NCBI GenBank assembly: GCA_964036045.1
Contig: OZ038378.1
Span: forward strand, 178,932,001-178,996,000
Origin: Eutreptiella sp. 'Long Island Sound 2002'
Taxonomy: Eukaryota; Protista; Euglenida
Reading direction: 5' to 3'
Length of the DNA: 64,000 bases
A program made the translations under genes and the position numbers. The notes under the pieces are model-generated. The model did no database searches. It had not been told where the DNA came from and saw only the letters and a list, made by a program, of their open reading frames with translations. The stretch's first letter is position 1, and each line of letters starts with the position of its first letter. Positions 11,681 to 21,159 of this stretch are shown piece after piece.

Positions 11681-14162
11681 AAAACTTATTTTTCTACTAA
11701 GTAATTTACTTAGTAAAATTTTTTTTTCTACTTAGTAGTTTACTTAGTAAAAAACCCACCCCCAGAGGAAAAACTTAGTAAATAAATATTTTTCTACTAA
11801 GTTTTGAAACCTGGTAAAAAAAATTTTGCAAAAAAAATTTTTTCCTAAGTTTTACCACGGACCCGGGAGTGCAAGGGTATTTCAAAGCAAACGGTGGTAC
11901 CCTCCACTGATGCAAGCAAACAGAGCACAGGTGAAGCGACTTTTGCATTGATGCTCTGCCAATGTGATTCATGTAACACGAATGCTATTGGGGGTCCAAA
12001 GGATCGGCAAAGGACTTCTAGGTATGAGAATAGCACACTCTGTACCGTTGCATATGTTCAGTTTGCATAACAGGCACAGGGTGTGTGGTACCGGCTGATG
12101 AGGAGGAGGCGATTGAGCATGGGGCTGGTTTGGCAACCGGTTTAGGGCCCGGTTGCGCAACCTGACAAGCCTGTTTGGGGGCTGGCTTTGCTCTTGCCTT
12201 GGTGCAGGCACCAACTTCTTTGGGGCGGCGAAATCCTTAGGGATCCACCACAGTGCGCTGTGTGGGCTGTGCTGGCGTTTGGGGTTGCTCAAGGCTTGAG
12301 GCTGTGGCGATTGCATCACCCAAGTCTCCAGAGTCGCGGGCATTACCCCTATCGCTCCGCAGTTGAGCTTGGAGAGACAATATCACAGAATACACACAGG
12401 TGACTGGTTTGAAGGAATGGGAAAGCAATGCAAGAACGTGTGTGTGACAGATGGGGACCCGCCGCAATAGATAGTGAAGTGACCCCTCCGCCCCCAGGGG
12501 CAAAGGGCACCTGCAGCGTGGCAAATAGACCGGGCATACACGAAGGGACTGCAGATGTAGCAGCATTGAGAATACAACAAGCTGTGCTGTTGTGCTGTTC
12601 CACTGATTAGTACTTCTGTTGTATTGAAGATTGCAGTCCACAATGTCCTTGCTGTCGAACAGACAGGCTGTCATTGTTAAACAAGAGAGCGGAAGGCTGG
12701 TTTGCTGCTGTGTAGTGCAACTGGCATCTTGCACTTTACCTTGCCTGTGACCTGTATTTGTTGCTCAAAATTCATCTGTGTTCATGGGGAAATGGGGTTG
12801 GGGAGGAAATGCACGGTTCTGTGGGTGAGAGTGGAATGCCAGCCCTGCTGCTCACCCTTGCGGCACAATAACCCCATGCTGTCCATTCTCTTGCGCAGGC
12901 AGGCTCCATGTGCAGTGGTTCCATGAACTTGAAGTTCAGAGCTCTCCACAGCGTGTAATATGCGAAGTGGAATGCAGGCTACGCTTCCTAATTACCAGCT
13001 GTTGCGGACTGAATTTCCAAGCATTATGCTCTTGCTGTTAGCCGCTATGGACTCTAGCACTCAAGCAAGCCACTACAGGCCTGGGTCAACGTGGTGTTTA
13101 AAATACCTGCCCTTACTACCCTCTATGGAGATAGCTGGATGTTCCGCCAAGTTTGTGCTTGGGCTCAGGGTCCATGAAACCGACTGCCCAAGTGCAGAGC
13201 TATGGGGGGCTAGGTCAGGGGACAGGCGTCTGGTTCTCCAACTAAACTTGATGCACATTGCACTGCAGTGAACTGCTTTTGTCAAGCATGTTCCCTGCCC
13301 CTATCCTGCCCATCACCCTGGCACTGGTCCTAACCTGAACGCGGGAGAGCAAGAGGTGTGGGGGTCGCGAGGCTCAGCAATTACTACATCTATGCTGCAG
13401 AAGAGGGCCGCACGCACCATCCCTCCGCAGATGTGTACACGTATCTGCAGTGCTCTCGGATATGCAGGTTGTTGGGAACTCGGGCTCCATCAAGCCTGCT
13501 TGGTGGCCATGTGATCCAAGCAGTGCCCAATGATTCAGCAGTCGAAATGGAAACCTACATTGTGTCCCCATGATATCGAGTTCTGACTTCATGCTTAAAT
13601 CCACTGACTTCATGCCTGACTGGATATCCATCTTTTCTGTATTTCAAACCCCCACCAATCTCCTTTGAATGGTTCTTGCCACTCATGGCAGCATCCACGA
13701 ATCTTGTTGAGTGGGTTGGCAAAAAAATGATACTTACAGGGGATAACGCCAACTTGACTGTGATTCAATGGCCCCCTGAACCTTTAGTCAGAAATGCAAT
13801 CTATCGTGAGTGGTCCCAGAAACCTTTTGCAGCATACAATCAAGGATCCATGTTTGACAGGCAAGGACTTGCGACAAGAAACTGCGAAACAGCGCTCTTC
13901 AATATGCACGTCCACATGCATTGGAAAATGGTTTTTCTTCGAGCCTTGAGATCATGTTCCGCAGACGGATGTCATCATAGATGCTCTTGCGCATTTTCCG
14001 GATATGGAGAATGCAATGTTGTCATATCTGTTCACCAGGAGGTTTTCAAACTGAAATGCTCACTGGAGTAGAGTGCGTGCAGTCCCTGATCACATGTGCA
14101 CACAATCGCTACCCGAAGAGGCAGAATTTGCACATGCTCTGATGCCTACTTGGAAGTTTGCG

Positions 14163-14579
14163 AAGTAAACCCCCCCCACCTTTAGCCCTCCCGGGGGATA
14201 TAGTATTCTTGATGAATGCCCGAGCCAAAGGGGGGGTTATAGGTGGGGGGGGGGGGGGTTATAGGTCAGCCCTTTGTGCAATTTTGCTTTAGGCGCTTTG
14301 CGCCATCTGTTGTTTGTTCTGTGTTTTCAGTTTCTATTTATTTTCCCCTCATGGATATTGATTTAGATATGCCCCATGCCGTGCCTGATGACAGTGATGA
14401 CGACGAGGGTGATGACCCTTTTGATGGGCTTCACGATCTCTGTCTCTTTGCACAGCTCTGTCTTTGAAGTTGGGTGAGAAGGGGGGGCTATAGGTCCCCA
14501 GATGACTGAAAACAACGGATGGGGGGGTTATAGGTGGGGGGGGGGGGTTACAGGTGGGGGGGGGGGGGGTTAATCTACT
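14163..14579. mobile_element. Degenerate MITE with AGTAAACCCCCCCCACCT-type ends and GGGGGGTTATAGGT subterminal repeats
   Basis: The left end agtaaacccccccccacctttagccc resembles the reverse complement of the right end ggggttacaggtg(g)nttaatctact. Confidence 0.5.
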
Positions 14580-14620
14580 CAGTTTTACTAATAATATAAT
14601 ATGTGTACAATATTACAGCG

Positions 14621-15134
14621 GATTCAAGGAACACTGAGCATCTTTTGCAAATGTTTTTTGCCTTAAATTCAGAAAAAGGTGAGTGCCATGCATTCCTTTT
14701 TTTTCTGTCAGGGACCGAAGTTGGGATGAGATTTTTCTCCCTGAAGTCCAACAACAACGAAGCCACAACCCATGTACCGCCATGTGTGGCAAGCAATTCA
14801 GGGGAGTCAGGTGATTTTGCTTTCAGCACACTACCATTGTCCAACCAATGCACCCTGTACGCCAACAAATCACCTCGCAGAGGTTGTTAGATCAAAGCTA
14901 GGCAGGCGTATATAGGGGAAAACACCACATACCCCACCATTTTGGGCCTGTTTGGGCCTATTCGCGTACCCTACCCCAAGGGGTTGAATTGTTAGTTTAA
15001 CCCCCTGTAAAATCATTATTTTGTCCAATAAACACATCCCCCAATGAGTTTTTGGTCCGGACCCCCCAAACCCCCCCCACTTGAAACCCACTTTTTTGAG
15101 GTTTCGAGGGAGGGGGGGGGGTGGGGGGGGGGGG
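14621..15134 (+). repeat. Left copy of a ~515-bp direct repeat flanking the YR retrotransposon
   Basis: Nearly identical to 20318-20835. I see about 3 substitutions, one 4-bp indel and homopolymer length differences. Confidence 0.95.
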
Positions 15135-15544
15135 TGTTGTTCTGTACCCTGCTGTTCATCCAAGGTCCACAACAAAGGCTCATGGAACCATAGAAACCCC
15201 ATCACTTGGGTGGGAGGGCGGGCGCCCTGCATGTCGTGACTGGGTGGGAGGGCGGGACTCCCAAGGCAATATTTAAATAAGAAACTAAATGGAGACAGTG
15301 TACAACAATAACAAAACTGCGTAAAACCCCTGTTTCCCTGCAGTAAACAGGTGTTTCACACATAAAACAAGGCAACAATACGAATGGCATGTTGTTCTGT
15401 ACCCTGGTTTCTTTATTCGCGTGTGGTGCATAAATCAATCGCTGGAATGCATGGCAGGTCAGGCGGAGCCCCCGGCCGCTCTGCAGCCAACCGGCCACGG
15501 CGCCAGGTGCATCACGACCTCTAACACCCTGCCTGTATGGCAAG

Positions 15545-18500
15545 TCAGGCTGCCCCCAGAGCACTGCTCTGCAGATTCCGAAAAGCCCCAGATCGACCCT
15601 TGGGGAAACCCAATATCCAAACTGGAGCCGGCAGACCTGTATACGACTGTAGGGCCGTCAGTCTATCAAGAGCACACTGGTGTGCGGCCTTGAAGTCGCC
15701 TTTCCAATCACTGTCTATTCTAGAGAAGCAATCAGCCGGGCTTAGGTCGCCCGGCGCCCACGATAGATAGACAGACGACTGCAGACGACGCCAGACGTAG
15801 AAAAGACGACGCAGGTGTCGGTTCTGTCGCTTGAGACCAGACCGGGCTCGGAACGACGCCACCTACTCCAGGGCCGCCCAGTTGTCGCCCACAAGGCAGA
15901 ACGCAGGCCAGCCAATCTTTTCACAAATGCGCACCCCCCTGATCATGGCCTCCAGCTCAGCCTCTTGCTGAGTGCGCACCCAATTGCTGCAGTGAAAAAC
16001 CCTGCCCCCCAGGGATGAACTCCAGAGACCTACTTTATATCTGTCCCTGTCAAAGGCGGCATCAACATAAATGGCGCCCCGCCTGGCGAGGACAAAGGGA
16101 ATCAGTGGTGGTGGACGCCAACCCTCCAACGCAAGAACCAAAACATGTGTCAGGCTAAGCAGCAGGCGCATGGGGCAATTCTGCAGCCAATTGGGGCCCC
16201 ATTGACAAAAATTCCACCAACCAGAGAGGAAGGGCATACCACCAACGGCAGGGCGCACTGCCCAGGTAAACCGGCCCAAAACCTTTCGAGCACGTTTGCG
16301 GGTAAGAGGCTGGAGAGCCGTCCTCAACCAGACCCCAACCAGAGAGGCCCAACCCTGCGGTGTCGTTTGAATCAAAGAATGAGAGGGATCAAAATTCAGA
16401 TCTTTCCCCAACCACAGGATCCTGGTGACAGGCTCCAAAACACTCTTGACACTGATTATTGCCCCCGACTTCCTCAAGGCCTCGCACAAAGAGGCAGCGG
16501 CCGTTCGCACTCTATTCTTGCCATAACCCACAATTAAAAAGTCGTCGAGATAATGTAAAATCAAGACATTTGAAAAACCCAGGGACGCCAGGATATACCC
16601 CAAAACAGTCTGGCAGACAATGGGGGAGTATTGCCAACCAAACGGGAGGCAATTAAACCCATAAACCTTTCCATCGATGCAGACCCGGAAGGCGCCCCGG
16701 AGGTGGTCGGGGAGCTGTAGGGACCAGAATGCGTTTGTCAGGTCCACATGGCAAGCGACCAGGGGCGCACTTGGCTCTGACTCGACACGTAAGTGTTCCA
16801 GGGATTGCAAAAAAGGGTCGGACAAAAAACTCAAATAATCTGCATCACCTAAAGCCATTCGTGGCAACTGCAAGCTGTGAACCTGCACCATAAGAGCCAG
16901 ATCCTCCACCGAAGGGAGCCCAAAGCTCGCCGGCTTATGTTCGTGAGCCTTATTAAACTTCACCAGGTGCACAATCATTGACGCCTTTGTGGAGTTTTTC
17001 GGGACCGGGAACATGTAACCATTCGCCCCCCCCCCCCCCCCCTCCCACACGCTGAGCACACCGTCGCGCACCAATGCTCTAGCCATCACCAGGCCATCTT
17101 CTGACATACTACGCATGCTGCCCAAATCCCGCGAAGCAACGGATTCAAAATCCTCTGGGGCCAAAAAATTCCAAATAAAAGGGGGTATGCTGATGGAGCC
17201 AATCTGGCCTATTCCCCTGTCCAGGGCGCTCCTGTCCAAACCAATAAGCAAAGTGATAGGGGAAGTGGTATCTTTGAAAATGCAAATCCAGACTTCAGGG
17301 GTAAGGGCATCCAAAGCCCGCAGAACCCTCTCGTCAAAAGAAGACATAGAGATGTCAAAAGCCACACGGGCCCCTCGCATGAGGAGCAATCGAATCCGAC
17401 CCCTTACCAACGGCCGCAAAGAGTCAGGTAACCGAAGCCCCTCCAAGGTATTATTAATCCAGCCCAGCCCCCTTGGAGAGTCGAGCAACCGCTCCACCGC
17501 CTGCAACCGAGGGCAGGAGAAGTCCAGCGGTGCCACCCGCAGCACGTGTGACTTTGAGGGCCATCTCCTTGGGGTTGAGTCGGACTGGCTGCACTGATCT
17601 CCGGGCCCCTGTGACCGAGGACCGCACTCTGCCTGCGAACTTCGAGGCAGCCTGACCGCTGTCAACGGACTTGTCATGACCCGTTGTTGTGGCGCATGCC
17701 TGTACCCCAACACCACCGGAAGTTGTGGCTGTGGAAGGCGGTTTAGGAGGGGCGGTGACTGGGGCCTTGGCCGTGGTCGTCGTTCCGGCCGTGGTCGCTG
17801 AAGAGGGTCTCGGATGTTCCCGACTGCCCGAGGACCGACCGCTGGAGGAGGACCTCTGGGCTTTGCGGCGCTTGGCGGTGGCAGGTGGGGCCTCACCCAC
17901 GATGATGGGCTCACACCGAGAACGGCCTTGTTGCGGAGGATAGGCTGCATCTCCTTCCGAGTCCGAATCCACGATCTGCTTTGAGGAATCTCTGGCGCTC
18001 TTTCTGGACTCTGAGGAGGGCTTCGTGATGGTCGGCTTTTCGTCGAACAGGTCTCGGAGAGACTTTGGCCACAGGAGGGCCAAGTGGGTACGCTTCCAGG
18101 TGAAGCCCGTGTCTGTTGGCCAAGGCAATCGCGCTTCATCGACCATGTCGAACTCATCAGGCGGGGTAGCGTAGTAATGGGCCATTTTAACACTTGCCCA
18201 ACGCCCCCACCAGCAGAGGAAGCGCCAGGGCAGACCGAAGGCGCGCAGGTAAGTGGCCCCCGCGCGCCTCCATGCATGCCAGCGTGCCTCCGCTCGTATC
18301 GAACCTTTGAGCAGCTTCTCCATGTTTTCCTCCAACTGCGCCGCGGAGAATAAGAGGATGCCGTGACCTGGTCGGATACGTCGCAGCCAACGCGCCCAGA
18401 CTGCAGCATAGGGGCCCAGCTGGCGTGTGACCCATCTTTCCCCCCGCTTGAGGCCCCAGAACGAGAAGTGTGACTTTCCCACTCCATTCCTTCGCGCCGA

Positions 18501-19120
18501 GGATACTTCACCCACCCGGGATAGGGAGGAGAACGACAGGACACACCCAGCATACGTGATCCAATCTTCCACCGACGTGCAGGCCTCAGCGATGATCTGG
18601 AGGACGTCAGGACCACCGTACGGTCTGTGGACTTCGGAATCCACTGGCGCCTTTGTGATCCTCCATAGGCGGGTCCAATTGAGCTCCGGTAGCCACCCCA
18701 GTACCACGCATGCTTTGACCGCGGAGACGCAGCCACGGAGAGTGGCTTTTCGGAAGCCCATCTTGAACATTTGGAAGAGTGCCAATTCGACCACCCGTTG
18801 CGCGTCATTCCACGCTGTTCGACCACCGATTTGCACCAGATGTCGGAGATGGGATGCATACGCGTCTCGTGTACCTCCTTTCCATGTGGATAGAATTGCC
18901 GCGGAGACGCAGTTGTGCGGGTCGCAATACCCCAAGGCTTTCCATGCGTCCAAGATTGAGGGCCAGTGGATGGTATCTTCGGAAGCCACCTGCGATGACG
19001 ACGGGCCGGGGGCCGGTGTGGCAGGGACACGGGGAGCCCATTCCGGTTCAAACCCCCCCACCAGCGGGGGGGCGTCCTTTCATTCCAGGAGAGGGCACTG
19101 CCAGACCCAATGGCGCTCAA
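15545..19120 (-). pseudogene. Reverse transcriptase + RNase H ORF of the YR element, interrupted by one in-frame TAG (15863-15865)
   Basis: RT motifs DLTNAFWSL, LPFGWQYSP, HYLDDFL and WLGK. RNase H motifs YVDAA, QEAELEA, GDN and, after the TAG, WAPGDLSPADCFSR. The RT-like sequence proper begins near 17550. Confidence 0.9.
17454..19061 (-). CDS. Tyrosine recombinase of the retrotransposon (535 aa, open)
   Basis: Catalytic set is visible: LSRVGE (R), HAWRR (HxxR), WGRW and MAHYY (Y). A basic low-complexity tail follows. Confidence 0.92.
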   Translation of the reverse strand: MGGFEPEWAPRVPATPAPGPSSSQVASEDTIHWPSILDAWKALGYCDPHNCVSAAILSTWKGGTRDAYASHLRHLVQIGGRTAWNDAQRVVELALFQMFKMGFRKATLRGCVSAVKACVVLGWLPELNWTRLWRITKAPVDSEVHRPYGGPDVLQIIAEACTSVEDWITYAGCVLSFSSLSRVGEVSSARRNGVGKSHFSFWGLKRGERWVTRQLGPYAAVWARWLRRIRPGHGILLFSAAQLEENMEKLLKGSIRAEARWHAWRRAGATYLRAFGLPWRFLCWWGRWASVKMAHYYATPPDEFDMVDEARLPWPTDTGFTWKRTHLALLWPKSLRDLFDEKPTITKPSSESRKSARDSSKQIVDSDSEGDAAYPPQQGRSRCEPIIVGEAPPATAKRRKAQRSSSSGRSSGSREHPRPSSATTAGTTTTAKAPVTAPPKPPSTATTSGGVGVQACATTTGHDKSVDSGQAASKFAGRVRSSVTGARRSVQPVRLNPKEMALKVTRAAGGTAGLLLPSVAGGGAVARLSKGAGLD

Positions 19121-20126
19121 TCTTTCCTTTTTCTCTGCACGTTTTACACGGGCCCACTAGTGGGTCGGATGACCGAACCCACTCGTTCTTGTGCACCTCA
19201 AAGAACTCCACTCCATCCTAGATCCGGAAGCGTTGGGCCATGATTTTCTTTATCCGGGCTCCCGCGGGCGTCAGGCCCTCTGTGAACACCGAATTACTTG
19301 ACACCTGTTTGGATTGTGTGGCATCAGTCTCGTACTTTTCTTTGTATTTGTGCACCGCCGTATAAGTCAAGAGCCACATGGCTTCCGTCATGTTGACCAA
19401 ACCCTCAGTCAATTCGGGGCCTGCGGAGGGGTTTGCCTTTCCCAGATCCTTGTCTGCAGACCCGCTTGCCATCGCCACGTCGTCCCCGTCAGGCTTCAGG
19501 CCAGTCCACACCGTGTCATTCGCCTTCTAGGCATCAGAGAACTCCATCAGCAGGGCACGCTGCTGCTCGTCGCCCCACTTGTCAGACATCCTCATCTCGC
19601 GCTGTGGAATCGGTAGTCGCAGGACCATGGCACGAAGAAACCAAAGCATGCGGACCACCCACTGGGGGTGGTTGTACGCCACGTGCAGGTCGTACAGAGC
19701 TTTAAGGGACAAGGGAGGTATCGCCATTTCCTGTCTGGCAGGCGCAGAAGTCAAGCTGGCGACCTGTGCATGTAAGTCGGAGATCATTTTCTGTTGGTTT
19801 TCCAAGAGCGTCTGCAGAGCCGTGTCATGAAGAGATCCTGGAGATACCTGGGCATTCGCAGTAAAGAGGCCTGTCTCCACATTTAAAGTCACCCCAGCCG
19901 TCAGGACATATCCGATGATGTATTCAATAAACGCGTCCTCATCGCCCGTGAATTGTACCAAAGCCGCGAACTGCCGTATCCACTCGGTACGTCTGGCACC
20001 CAGTCCCCGAAGGCTCTTTAATACCTTTGTACGAGCCAGAGCCCATTCTCGTGCTGGGGAATCTCCTCTCACCGATTCCTGTACCCCCGCCAGAATGTAA
20101 TCCTGGAAATCGATGGACTCCGACAT
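19080..20126 (-). pseudogene. Gag-like ORF1 of the YR element with two in-frame TAGs (19527-19529, 19218-19220)
   Basis: ORFs 20126-19527 and 19511-19218 are in one frame. Continuing past 19218 gives CKTCREKGKIERHWVWQC (C-x2-C-x8-H-x4-C), ending in TGA at 19080-19082. Confidence 0.8.
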
Positions 20127-20317
20127 GGTGAAGGGCAGCGACCGACAGGCAAAAGGGAGAAAATTGAAGGGAAGGCTGGCCTATCAAAGGATTGTTCGTA
20201 GTCTCAGGCCTGCACCTTTTGACTCCCAAGGCAACATTTAAATAAGAAACTAAATGGAGACAGTGTACAACAACAACAAAACTGCGTAAAACCCCTGTTT
20301 CCCTGCATTAAACAGGT

Positions 20318-20835
20318 GATTCAAGGAACACTGGGCATCTTTTGCAAATGTTTTTTGCCTTAAATTCAGAAAAAGGTGAGTGCCATGCATTCCTTTTTTT
20401 TCTGTCAGGGACCGAAGTTGGGATGAGATTTTTCTCCCTGAAGTCCAACAACAACGAAGCCACAACCCATGTACCGCCATGTGTGGCAAGCAATTCAGGG
20501 GAGTCAGGTGATTTTGCTTTCAGCACACTACCATTGTCCAACCAATGCACCCTGTACGCCAACAAATCACCTCGCAGAGGTTGTTAGATCAAAGCTAGGC
20601 AGGCAGGCGTATATAGGGGAAAACACCACATACCCCACCATTTTGGGCCTGTTTGGGCCTATTCGCGTACCCTACCCCAAGGGGTTGAATTGTTAGTTTA
20701 ACCCCCTGTAAAATCATTATTTTGTCCAATAAACACATCCCCCAATGAGTTTTTGGTCCGGACCCCCCCAAACCCCCGCCACTTGAAACCCACTTTTTTG
20801 AGGTTTTGAGGGAGGGGGGGGGGGGTGGGGGGGGG
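20318..20835 (+). repeat. Right copy of the ~515-bp direct repeat
   Basis: Matches 14621-15134. A diverged partial relative lies at about 55705-55835. Confidence 0.95.
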
Positions 20836-21159
20836 CAAAAATGTCGAAAAAATGACCCCCCCTTTTGAGCCGAAAAAGTGTTTCCGGGTCCCGACTCCAT
20901 GGGGTTTGTATGGGGCGGAGTGGGACGAGCGCTTGGGCAGTTTATGCACTTTGCGGCCATTTTTGCTATGTTGGCAGTTTTTGCGACCTCGGTGACCCCG
21001 TGGTACCCACTCTGAGGGGCGTGAGTGGGGATGTTGTGACTGTATATGCCTACTAAGACACGGAAGGACGTTTTTTGCAGTCTCTAGCCTTGCTGAGAGC
21101 CGGTCAAAACCCAGGCCAAAGACGCGAAATGACTGTTTCCACCAATAATGACCTAGTGA

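Larger units (their letters stand above)
9830..11856. mobile_element. Composite TIR/foldback-like element upstream of the GT31 gene
   Basis: GGTAAAACTTAG at 9830-9841 is the reverse complement of CTAAGTTTTACC at 11845-11856. Both ends carry AT-rich ACTTAGTA(A/G) repeat blocks. Confidence 0.55.
15135..20318 (-). mobile_element. Tyrosine-recombinase (DIRS-superfamily) retrotransposon in VIPER/TATE-like gag-YR-RT/RNaseH order, with split direct repeats
   Basis: Gag with CCHC knuckle, then YR, then RT-RNaseH on the minus strand. A repeat (98 bp) at 20221-20318 and 15256-15353. B repeat (17 bp) at 15390-15406 and 15135-15151. Confidence 0.9.

Noticed and set aside
12000-14100. Cluster of 60-165-aa ORFs, possibly a decayed TE
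   Set aside because: No recognisable motif or consistent strand and frame.
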